Positions 1 through 7,947 of a stretch of 38,298 nucleotides of DNA are shown in pieces. The stretch is taken from contig JAVZNT010000009.1 of NCBI GenBank assembly GCA_038882655.1, forward strand, positions 1 to 38,298, in the 5' to 3' direction. The translations under genes were made by a program, and so were the position numbers. This DNA comes from Candidatus Bathyarchaeia archaeon. GTDB lineage: Archaea; Thermoproteota; Bathyarchaeia; Bathyarchaeales; Bathycorpusculaceae. Under the pieces are notes generated by a model that did not search any database, was not told the origin of the DNA, and was given only the letters and a program-made list of their open reading frames with translations. How positions within the stretch are numbered: position 1 is the stretch's first letter; every line of letters begins with the position of its first letter.

Positions 1-165
1 GAGCTAGCGAACAGAATAGTTAAAAACGCAAAATCCGAGGAGGAGAAAGCCCGGAGAGAAGTTGAAAAGTTGAGAAAAGAAAAAGAAAAACTTGAAACAG
101 AAATGGAATTAGCCCAAACAGCCTTAAAGGCAAAGCTTAAAGAACTTCAGGTGACGCACAGCTGA
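1..165 (+). CDS. 3' end of a truncated gene; coiled-coil C-terminus
   Basis: Frame 1 is open from base 1 to TGA at 163-165 and reads ELANRIVKNAKSEEEKARREVEKLRKEKEKLETEMELAQTALKAKLKELQVTHS, an E/K-rich heptad pattern. Confidence 0.65.
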   Translation, partial: ELANRIVKNAKSEEEKARREVEKLRKEKEKLETEMELAQTALKAKLKELQVTHS

Positions 166-245
166 AAAGCAACAATCTTAATAGCCACATGACGCTTACC
201 ACAGCACGACAAAAACTGCTAGAACGAGAAATAGGATTCACTTAA

Positions 246-455
246 TTATTTAATTGCATACCGCCCGGTCCACTCATTCCGATTTTCAGTGTAGAATACT
301 CCGCTATTATGCATAGTTTGTGGATTTGACTGCTCTAAACGTTTTATTTTTTTAAGACATTTTCTGCTATTCTTGATAAGTTTAGGCCTAATTTCTTTCG
401 CTTTTTTAACTGTTTCGACATCGTTATATAGTAAGGTTCGCTTCTTCCCGCTCAT
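246..455 (-). pseudogene. degenerate ribbon-helix-helix / CcdA-like antitoxin-type gene with compensating frameshifts
   Basis: The ORF frame gives KKRTLLYNDVETVKKAKE. An alternate frame (347-391) gives LGLNLSRIAENVLKK, then the first frame resumes IKRLEQSN. Joined, this matches the archaeal RHH pattern AKELGLNLS..ENAL...IKRLE. A TATA-like TTATATA lies just upstream on the minus strand. Confidence 0.55.
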
Positions 456-624
456 TTATATCAAATCATATATAAGCTTTTTATGCTATGTGTTATCTAG
501 GTACCTAAGAATCTTTTTCAAAATCGTATACAGCCACATGCCTAGAGCGTAATGAATTCACATCTCTCCCATTAAGTATACCTCCTGAGTTAAGAATGAA
601 ACTTTTGGTGATAAAACGTATGGT

Positions 625-1566
625 CTATAGGATTATCTGAATTACGATTAGGGCAATTATTAGCGCTGTAAGGGCTTTTATGGCTTTTTTGTTGAATTTT
701 GCAGCCTCCTCGGTTTTCTTTGCGTCTACAAGTTTCATGATGTAGACAGATGCCGAAAGGTTATAAAGAAATATGGTGTAGACCGATATCATCATTCTGT
801 CTGCAAAGGTTAGATAGCCTATTGGCGGTATGCCACTGAGAAGAGATAGGTGGAAAGCCGTGGCCGACATAAGGGTTGTTACTCCTAAGCCTATTCTTTG
901 GCCGAAGTTTTGGGGCGATATGAAGAATGTGAGAAGTGATATTGTTGTTATAACGATTATGGGTAATACGCTTTTCACAAAAGAAGACAGCATTGGACGT
1001 CTTAACTGAACGCTGAAAATGAATCTTGAATAGGTTTTGTCACCATATGAATGTTCAGTTTCTGTGGCGTTGTATCCTCCTATTTCCCAACCAGCAATAT
1101 TGACAGCTTCGTCAATTGTAGAGTTTTCATCTACTACATAGACTAGGCGGGAGAAGTCAAGTTTCTTATTTTCTAGTTCTATAGTGAGCGTGTGTGTTTC
1201 AAAGGGGTAATTTGTGAAATCAAATGTTTTTATGAAGTCACCTTTAATGCGGTATTCTACATAACCCTCAGTTTCATCTTCTTCGATGGGTTTAAATTCT
1301 AACACCGGACCATTTACAAATTCGAAGTTCTTCACGTCTGTAAGATTGATTTCAGATGGGTTAAATTTAAACCACAGATAGAAGTCTAGACGGTAACTGC
1401 TTGCGGCTAAATCCACTTTTTCAACATTCACAAGCCAGACTCCAACATAAACTTTTGCTGGCTCTGCCTGTGATTCAAGGCTTTCAGCCATTGTTTGTGG
1501 CATCAACATCAATATTGATAACAGCGTGAAAGCAAACATCACCATGATTAAATAGCGCTTCTTCAC
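625..1566 (-). CDS. prokaryotic pentameric ligand-gated ion channel (Pro-loop, GLIC/ELIC-like)
   Basis: Signal peptide; beta-rich extracellular domain with Pro-loop YPFETH and GW; pre-M1 LRRP; four TM helices with M2 RIGLGVTTLMS and M2-M3 loop PPIGYLTFAD. Confidence 0.88.
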   Translation of the reverse strand: MKKRYLIMVMFAFTLLSILMLMPQTMAESLESQAEPAKVYVGVWLVNVEKVDLAASSYRLDFYLWFKFNPSEINLTDVKNFEFVNGPVLEFKPIEEDETEGYVEYRIKGDFIKTFDFTNYPFETHTLTIELENKKLDFSRLVYVVDENSTIDEAVNIAGWEIGGYNATETEHSYGDKTYSRFIFSVQLRRPMLSSFVKSVLPIIVITTISLLTFFISPQNFGQRIGLGVTTLMSATAFHLSLLSGIPPIGYLTFADRMMISVYTIFLYNLSASVYIMKLVDAKKTEEAAKFNKKAIKALTALIIALIVIQIIL

Positions 1567-1767
1567 AGTACTTCACCAATCTGGTTTCAATTCGGATATG
1601 GAGTTTAACATATAAGTTTTAGGGCTGGTAAACCACAGTTTTGGCATGGATTTTTATTGTTAATAAGTATGTTTGGCTATTCCTACGGATACATTTTGAG
1701 GATTCGCTACCTTTATTTATATAAGATAGCATTGAATAGGTTGAAAGAAACCGGGAGACAGAGCATT

Positions 1768-2319
1768 ATGTCGAAAAAGGCCCCGTCAAAGGACGACGCA
1801 CTTGAAGCATTAGACTTCATCATTAACGTTTTGCGGGAGCACGAGAAGGATTTAGACCGCTTAATAAACGAGTTAGGTAAAATAACTGAAAGGCTTGGAG
1901 AAGCTGGCGAGCTAAGCGGCAAAATAGAAAACGTTGAGGAAAGGCTTACAAACCTGCAAAATGAGATATCCAACCTTATTTCCTACCTGTCAACATCTCA
2001 TGAAGCCCAGAAAGGCGCCGCACCAACAGTGCAAGCCCAAAGACCCCAAGTCTTCGCTGCTGAAGTGCGGGGTCCGCCAGTCATCCTACGCTGCAAACAA
2101 TGGGAAGACTTCCAAACCCTAGCCCGTCAAGCCCAAGCGCTTTCATTCTTATACAAGGAGGCAGAGAAAACTTTCCAAGCAGACGCCCTAAAAAACAACC
2201 AAATAATAACCTATAGCGGAGAACTCCCAAAACCCACAGCCCTCATAAAGAGCTGGCTTTCTAAACGACTGGACATCCCTGAAGAGAAAATTCTTGAGGG
2301 CATATTAGCCGTCAGCTAA
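1768..2319 (+). CDS. hypothetical protein with N-terminal coiled coil and C-terminal alpha/beta domain
   Basis: Long ORF. The likely start is ATG 1768 (MSKKAPSKDDALEALDFIINVLREHEKDLDRL), because the upstream extension from 1657 spans an AT-rich promoter-like region. Confidence 0.75.
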   Translation: MSKKAPSKDDALEALDFIINVLREHEKDLDRLINELGKITERLGEAGELSGKIENVEERLTNLQNEISNLISYLSTSHEAQKGAAPTVQAQRPQVFAAEVRGPPVILRCKQWEDFQTLARQAQALSFLYKEAEKTFQADALKNNQIITYSGELPKPTALIKSWLSKRLDIPEEKILEGILAVS

Positions 2320-2342
2320 ACCCCTTTTGGAAAGTTTGTAGG

Positions 2343-2379
2343 CTCGTGTTATGTAGTAATGTTTTTATATTGGCACGAG
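2343..2379 (+). promoter_or_regulatory. TATA box (TTTATAT 2364-2370) enclosed by inverted repeat CTCGTG-N25-CACGAG
   Basis: Seen directly. Typical archaeal spacing would place the transcription start near 2395, just before the structured element. Confidence 0.45.
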
Positions 2380-2402
2380 TATTAAGTCTTACGATGCAGT
2401 AT

Positions 2403-2526
2403 GGGGGCGGAGGTTGAAGGCTGAACAATGGCAGCCACAATCTGTTTTTCCGTTTTCGAAGCCTTCTCCTTTCTCCTCGATGACGGAAATGGCTGCTTGT
2501 TCAGCCAAAAAACAATGAAGGCCCCC
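2403..2526 (+). ncRNA. candidate structured RNA or leader (long multi-stem hairpin)
   Basis: Nested pairings: GGGGGC 2403-08/GCCCCC 2521-26; GGCTGAACAA 2419-28/TTGTTCAGCC 2497-2506; GCAGCCA 2431-37/TGGCTGC 2490-96; TTTCCGTT 2447-54/GACGGAAA 2482-89; TCGA 2456-59/TCGA 2477-80. The loop is pyrimidine-rich. Confidence 0.55.
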
Positions 2527-2560
2527 TAATTTATGGTTGATGGTTGTGGAGGCGGTTGAT

Positions 2561-2707
2561 ATGGATGAAGGCAGAAAGGCTGTGGAGAGGCTTTATGAAG
2601 AGTTTGTGAAGTTTGAGAGGGCTATGGAGGAATTACACTTTTTAAAGATGGTAGCCCAAGACCTTAAAAGTTTTAGGAAAATGCTGAAGTTTAGAAGGTA
2701 CGACTAG
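2561..2707 (+). CDS. small helical hypothetical protein (48 aa), absent from the ORF track
   Basis: MDEGRKAVERLYEEFVKFERAMEELHFLKMVAQDLKSFRKMLKFRRYD, preceded by SD-like GGAGGCGG; purine-rich, coding-like composition. An alternative in-frame ATG lies at 2540. Confidence 0.6.
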   Translation: MDEGRKAVERLYEEFVKFERAMEELHFLKMVAQDLKSFRKMLKFRRYD

Positions 2708-2762
2708 CGCCGCTTAGAAGTAAAGCCTTTAAGCGTTGTCGTTACTATCATTTTGACTGGAT

Positions 2763-4187
2763 ATGGAGCCTAGGTGTGGAGAAACTTTCTTCTTCAACAC
2801 TTTGACGCGGAAAAAGGAAAAGTTTGTTCCGCTGGAAGAAGGAAAAGTTAAGATCTATACATGTGGCCCTACTGTTTATGATTTTGCCCATATTGGAAAC
2901 TTCAGGACGTTTGTTTTTCAAGACATACTGAGAAGGTGGCTGGAGTATAGGGGTTTTAAGGTAATACAAGTTATGAATATCACTGATGTGGATGACAAAA
3001 CAATTAGGGGGGCTAGAATGCAGAATGTTTCCTTGAAGCAATACACAGAATATTATGTGAAGGCGTTTTTTGAGGATATAAAGGCGTTGAACCTTGAAAG
3101 GGCTGAGTATTATCCTAAGGCCACTGAACATATCCATGAAATGGTTGAGTTGATTAGGAGGCTTATAGAGAAGGGCTACGCCTATAGAGGTGAAGATGGT
3201 TCCATTTATTATGATATTTCAAAGTTTAAAGATTATGGGAAACTTTCAAAGTTAAAAATTGAGGAGTTGAAGCCCGGAGCCAGAGTGAAGGTTGACGAGT
3301 ATGGGAAGGAGGAAGCCCGCGATTTTGCCCTTTGGAAGGCTTGGGACGAGGAGGATGGTGACGTCTTTTGGGAAACGAAGATTGGCAAGGGAAGACCTGG
3401 ATGGCACATTGAATGCTCAACCATGGCGATGAAATATTTGGGTGAGACCATAGACATCCACAGCGGCGGTGTTGACTTGATTTTCCCACATCACGAGAAT
3501 GAAATCGCTCAAAGTGAGGCTGCGACTGGTAAGCCTTTTGCCCGTTATTGGCTCCATTCTGAGCATTTGCTTGTTGAAGGTAGACGCATGGCGAAAAGAT
3601 ATGGCAACTTTTACACTTTGAGGGATTTGATGGCAAAGGGGTATGAGCCTTTGGCTATACGTTACTTGCTTATGTCCACTCATTACAGGCAACAGTTAAA
3701 TTTCACCTTTGAAGGCTTGGAGGCTGCGAAGGGGGCTGTTGACCGTTTAAGGATCTTTGTACGTAGGCTTTTAGAGGCTGATGGTGAAGGTTGCGGGGAA
3801 AAGATAAAAAGTTTGATGGCTGACGCGCAGAGGCGTTTTGAGGAAGCCATGGATGACGACCTAAACATAAATGTAGCTTTAGCCGCCCTCTTCGACTTCG
3901 TCAGAGATGTGAATAGGCTTATGGACGAGAACAAACTGAGCAAACAAGAAGCTGGAGAAGCCTGCAATTTGATGATGAAGTTTGACAAGGTTTTAGGTGT
4001 CATAGGCGAAGTCAAAGCCGAAGAGAAGTTGCCACCAGAAGTTGAAGAACTGATTAGGAAGAGGGAGGAAGCAAGGAAAGCTAAGGATTGGGCGACCGCT
4101 GACAAGATTAGAATGCAGCTTAAAGCTATGGGCATAATATTGGAGGATACACCTCAAGGGGTTAGGTGGCGGATAGAAAAACGTTAG
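2763..4187 (+). CDS. cysS: cysteine--tRNA ligase
   Basis: CGPTVYD, HIGN, DFALWK, GRPGWHIECS, DLIFPHHENE and a C-terminal DALR-like anticodon-binding region. Confidence 0.97.
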   Translation: MEPRCGETFFFNTLTRKKEKFVPLEEGKVKIYTCGPTVYDFAHIGNFRTFVFQDILRRWLEYRGFKVIQVMNITDVDDKTIRGARMQNVSLKQYTEYYVKAFFEDIKALNLERAEYYPKATEHIHEMVELIRRLIEKGYAYRGEDGSIYYDISKFKDYGKLSKLKIEELKPGARVKVDEYGKEEARDFALWKAWDEEDGDVFWETKIGKGRPGWHIECSTMAMKYLGETIDIHSGGVDLIFPHHENEIAQSEAATGKPFARYWLHSEHLLVEGRRMAKRYGNFYTLRDLMAKGYEPLAIRYLLMSTHYRQQLNFTFEGLEAAKGAVDRLRIFVRRLLEADGEGCGEKIKSLMADAQRRFEEAMDDDLNINVALAALFDFVRDVNRLMDENKLSKQEAGEACNLMMKFDKVLGVIGEVKAEEKLPPEVEELIRKREEARKAKDWATADKIRMQLKAMGIILEDTPQGVRWRIEKR

Positions 4188-4975
4188 CGTGGTTCTTTTC
4201 CGTGCATGTTCCATTTTGTTGTGGCGTACTTTTCTCTGCAAAGTTTTCCAACCAGTTCCCTCTCGTATTTTGTTAAATCGCTGTTTTCAAGTTCAGCCTT
4301 TAGTGTTTTCTGAAAGCCTTCAATTAGGGCTTTGTGTACCGTGGCGTGTTGGATATCTCTTCCGAGCTCCGCCTTTATTGAGGTTATCTTGTTTTTGGCT
4401 ATGCCAACAACTTCCATGCATGTTTTTGCCCATGGAACCTTTAGAAAAGTGAACATTTTTTCGAGGTTAACATCCACAAGTATCGTGCCGTGTTGCAAGA
4501 CCACATCGGATTTGTGGCACTGGGCGCTTCCGGAAATTTTCTTCCCATTTATTGTTAGGTTTGGGCATGCCCTTGCGTCGCCTTCGTTGAAGTCTGCTTT
4601 CAATCCTAGAATTTTTAGGGCTTCAACTATGCCTGCGTAAATTTTTGCATAAACCTCTGTTATGTCCTTGGCGTTTAAATCCTCTTTGCTTGCGACTACG
4701 CTGTAGGTTATTTCGCCTTCCGCGTCGTGGTAGACCGTGCCTCCGCCAGTTATTCGCCTAACAACATCCACACCATGCTTTTGACAGTTTTCTAGGTAAA
4801 CCTCATTTTCCACTTTTTGGAATCGCCCAATAGAAACTGCCGAAGGTTTCCAGCGGTAAAACCTCACGGTGTTGGGCGCCAACCCCCTTATTCTTGCTTC
4901 TAATATGGCTTCATCTACAGCCATGCTCATGTAGGCGTTATACGTTTCAAACTTTAGCAGTCTCCAACCAGCCAT
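4184..4975 (-). CDS. lipoate-protein ligase / octanoyltransferase family protein (LplA/LipM-like, catalytic domain only)
   Basis: MAVDEA, RRITGGGTVYHD, KISGSAQ and LQHGT motifs. The likely start is ATG 4975 (the track starts at 4993). Confidence 0.9.
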   Translation of the reverse strand: MAGWRLLKFETYNAYMSMAVDEAILEARIRGLAPNTVRFYRWKPSAVSIGRFQKVENEVYLENCQKHGVDVVRRITGGGTVYHDAEGEITYSVVASKEDLNAKDITEVYAKIYAGIVEALKILGLKADFNEGDARACPNLTINGKKISGSAQCHKSDVVLQHGTILVDVNLEKMFTFLKVPWAKTCMEVVGIAKNKITSIKAELGRDIQHATVHKALIEGFQKTLKAELENSDLTKYERELVGKLCREKYATTKWNMHGKEPR

Positions 4976-5147
4976 TTTAGGAAGACCCCACACACTAGTC
5001 TTAAAGTTGTTTCCTTATTTAGAAAATTTCTGTTTTGGAGCGTTTTCAAACCAATACGGGCTACCCCCTCTAGATTTTCGGTTTTACGCCACGTTCAGTT
5101 TAAATATTAGATGTGTGATTAGACGTAGCGAGAGGAAAAAGTAGACT

Positions 5148-5588
5148 ATGGGTTCAAAGTCTCCAAGGGGCGAGTTCGCCGCAAGAAAACTTGTTGAAAA
5201 AAGGAAGAAGTTCCGTTGGAGTAGCATGTATTATAAAAGGCGCATGCTAGGCCTAGACGTTAAAGCTGACCCTCTTGAAGGAGCACCCATGGCAAGGGGC
5301 ATAGTCCTTGAAAAGGTAGGCGTTGAAAGCAAACAGCCCAACAGCGCCATAAGGAAATGCGTCCGAGTCCAACTTATCAAAAATGGAAAGGTTATCACGG
5401 CTTTTCTGCCCGGAGACGGAGCCCTAAACGTTGTGGACGAACATGACGAGGCAATAGTTGAAGGTATCGGCGGCTCTCGTGGAAGAAGCATGGGCGACAT
5501 TCCAGGCGTCCGCTGGAAAGTCATAATGGTTAACGGCGTTTCCCTAAAAGAGCTTGTGCTTGGTAGAAAACAGAAGCCGATGCGGTGA
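5148..5588 (+). CDS. rps12: 30S ribosomal protein S12 (uS12)
   Basis: [15 protein letters not shown] and GDIPGVR motifs; archaeal N-terminus. Confidence 0.98.
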   Translation: MGSKSPRGEFAARKLVEKRKKFRWSSMYYKRRMLGLDVKADPLEGAPMARGIVLEKVGVESKQPNSAIRKCVRVQLIKNGKVITAFLPGDGALNVVDEHDEAIVEGIGGSRGRSMGDIPGVRWKVIMVNGVSLKELVLGRKQKPMR

Positions 5589-5594
5589 TGAAGG

Positions 5595-6233
5595 TTGAGC
5601 AAAGAGCAGAAAGAGCATAGGGAGACGAAGGAAACGGAGCAGAAGAAAGCTGAGCGGAAAATGGAGGAAAGAGAAATAAAGCTTTTCGGAAAGTGGAGCT
5701 ACAAAGAAGTTGAAGTTAGGGATTTAGGCCTGCAGAGATATGTTTCGCTTAAACCTGTTGTTATACCTCACACTATGGGGCGCCATGAACACAAACGTTT
5801 TGGGAAGGCAGACGTGAACATTGTAGAAAGGCTTGTAAACAACCTTATGCGCCCAGGGAAAAACGCTGGGAAAAAAGCCAAAGCTATTAACATCGTTAAA
5901 CATGCCTTTGAAATAATCCACCTACGCACTGGGAGAAACCCGATAGAAGTTCTCGTAAGGGCTGTTGAAAACTCTGCACCATGTGAAGACACCACAAGAA
6001 TTGCTTACGGTGGCATAGTTTACCACTTGTCGGTTGACGTCTCACCACAAAGGAGGGTTGACTTGGCTTTAAGACACATATGCGAGGGAGCGCGACAAGC
6101 GGCCATGCATAACCCCCGTTCAATCGAAGAGTGCCTAGCAGAGGAGCTTATTTTAGCGGCAAGCAACGACATGAAAAGCTATGCAGTTTCAAGGCGCCAC
6201 GAGTTGGAAAGAATAGCCATGGCTTCAAGATAA
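5595..6233 (+). CDS. rps7: 30S ribosomal protein S7 (uS7)
   Basis: [26 protein letters not shown] and ERIAMASR; follows rps12. The exact start is uncertain. Confidence 0.97.
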   Translation: MSKEQKEHRETKETEQKKAERKMEEREIKLFGKWSYKEVEVRDLGLQRYVSLKPVVIPHTMGRHEHKRFGKADVNIVERLVNNLMRPGKNAGKKAKAINIVKHAFEIIHLRTGRNPIEVLVRAVENSAPCEDTTRIAYGGIVYHLSVDVSPQRRVDLALRHICEGARQAAMHNPRSIEECLAEELILAASNDMKSYAVSRRHELERIAMASR

Positions 6234-6252
6234 CTGCTGTTTTACGCTTATA

Positions 6253-7428
6253 CTATTTTGTGTGAATCTCGACAACATCGCCATCTTCAAGGGTGAATGC
6301 AGCTCCAACTTTTTGGGGGCTGAAAACTAGGCGTTTAGCCCAGACCTTCGCGTATGCGAAATTCTCGCTGAAGTCGCTATGAATATTTCTGGCTAAATCA
6401 TAAACTGTTGAGCCCCTCTTCAAGACGAAGGGCTTTTCTGAAGCGCTTTTTTCAGCTGGCTCCTTTGTGTAAACGCGAATCAAGTCTAAGGTTTTAAACA
6501 AGGCCTTACCTATTGCTTTTATGCCAATTCCGGTTTTGCATGAAACAGCAATTATGGGTAGTTGCCCACCTACACGGTCTTCTAAAATTTTTAGGTTTGA
6601 CCACGCATCTTCTAAGTCAACTTTGTTTGCAACAATTATGGCTGGTTTGTAAACTGTGCTCTCAAAGATGGCATCTTCAACATCGTCTAACGTTGCCTCA
6701 CCATAAATTTTGACAATAGCGTCTGTAACCCTATAGCCTTTGAGAAGCTCCTCAACATCTTTAAAATTGCAGTCCAGAAGCCTTCCAAAAATGATTATGC
6801 GCAAGCCAGCACCCATATACTTCCTCTCAATTTCAACCCGCGCTTTTGGCTTGCTAACAAGTATCCGCGTCTTTTCAAGTTCGCCAAGGATCGTGGACAA
6901 CTGCCAAACAGGGTCTTGTGTTAAGTCCACCATTAGTATCAAGCCGTCAGTGTTTCTAGCCAAGGCGAGGGTTTGAAGACCCCAAGCTCTCCCATCCGCT
7001 GCGCCTTCTATTAGGGCTGGAGCCTCAACAAGCTGAAATTGAATATCCTCGTAGGGAAGCATTCCGGGAACGGGCTCTCTGGTAGTATATGGGGCTGGTG
7101 AAACCTCAACCTTTGCGTTTGTAACAGAAGCGATGAGACTGCTCTTTCCAACATTCGTCAATCCTAAAATGACTATTTGGGCTGCGCCCTCTTTCTCTAT
7201 AAAGAATTTTGGTCCACCTCTGCCAGCCTTTCGCCGCTTTCCCTCTTCAAGTTCTCTCCGCAAAACAGATATCTGCTTCTTAACTTGGGCGCATAGTTTG
7301 GCGGTTCCCTTATGCTTTGGGACAAGGCTTAAAAACTCTTGCATAAGTTGAAGTTTTTCTCTAGGGTTTCGTGCTGCTGAGACTTCAGCCCATTTGCGTT
7401 TAGCTTCCGCTGGCAGGTTTGTCGGCAT
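6253..7428 (-). CDS. DRG/OBG-family GTPase with C-terminal TGS domain
   Basis: PKHKGT, P-loop GLTNVGKS, YTT switch, ANKVD and TGS ending QKVG...LEDGDVVEIH. Confidence 0.93.
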   Translation of the reverse strand: MPTNLPAEAKRKWAEVSAARNPREKLQLMQEFLSLVPKHKGTAKLCAQVKKQISVLRRELEEGKRRKAGRGGPKFFIEKEGAAQIVILGLTNVGKSSLIASVTNAKVEVSPAPYTTREPVPGMLPYEDIQFQLVEAPALIEGAADGRAWGLQTLALARNTDGLILMVDLTQDPVWQLSTILGELEKTRILVSKPKARVEIERKYMGAGLRIIIFGRLLDCNFKDVEELLKGYRVTDAIVKIYGEATLDDVEDAIFESTVYKPAIIVANKVDLEDAWSNLKILEDRVGGQLPIIAVSCKTGIGIKAIGKALFKTLDLIRVYTKEPAEKSASEKPFVLKRGSTVYDLARNIHSDFSENFAYAKVWAKRLVFSPQKVGAAFTLEDGDVVEIHTK

Positions 7429-7489
7429 AAATCGTACTCGTCCAAAAAACCTTATTCAAAGTAAATGCTAATATCCGTTTCTAAAAGAC

Positions 7490-7882
7490 ATGCCAAACGG
7501 CGACTTGCTTTTCAAAGTCAAAATAGTGCGGCTCATCCTTACGGGGCAAGTTAACGAAGCCCTAAAAATGCTAAACCGCTACTAAGGGTTGATGCCCCAC
7601 GATTAAAGGTTGGAATGCCAAAGGGGCACAGTGGTAAAGTTGGATGCTACGTCCCAAAAACAAAAACTATCCATGTCGCCAACCAAGAAAAAATTGGAGA
7701 TCCTTTCGTCGTCCTCCGCGAGTCTTTACCATCATCTTCAAACCTTCTGCGGAAAACATAAGGGTACAGAGAAAAATGCGGATAAATTTGCAAAAGAGTT
7801 TATTGAAGCTACGAAAAATTTTGAAGCGTTGCATAATTCACGGTTCAGACGGTTTTATCATAAACTTTTAATAATTGAATGA
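7490..7882 (+). pseudogene. frameshifted remnant of a small HExxH-like protein gene
   Basis: Three frames join: MPNGDLLFKVKIVRLILTGQVNEALKMLNRY* (stop 7583); RVDAPRLKVGMPKGHSGKVGCYVPKTKTIHVANQEKIGDPFVVLRE (7585-7722); YHHLQTFCGKHKGTEKNADKFAKEFIEA (from 7727). The 3' end is uncertain. Confidence 0.65.
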
Positions 7883-7947
7883 ACAGTTGTGTAAACGAAT
7901 TCACTAAAAATACGAAAATTTAGAATTTAAAATATGGAGGAGAAAAA

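Noticed and set aside
261-273. Possible tRNA gene
   Set aside because: Only a 13-nt 3'-end-like match, with no T-loop, anticodon arm or D arm upstream.
558-586. Strong SD (GGAGGT) followed by ATG GGA GAG ATG TGA on the minus strand
   Set aside because: Only four codons; possibly debris from a decayed gene, with no support for function.
2403-2526. Reading the hairpin as a K-turn/H-ACA guide RNA, SECIS or T-box
   Set aside because: GA-rich strands near the basal stem and an ACA at 2512-2514 are suggestive, but the K-turn canonical stem does not pair cleanly, no selenoprotein UGA is evident and T-box consensus elements are missing.
7610-7882. Track ORFs of 90 aa and 75 aa as independent genes
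   Set aside because: Better explained as fragments of one frameshifted pseudogene starting at 7490.
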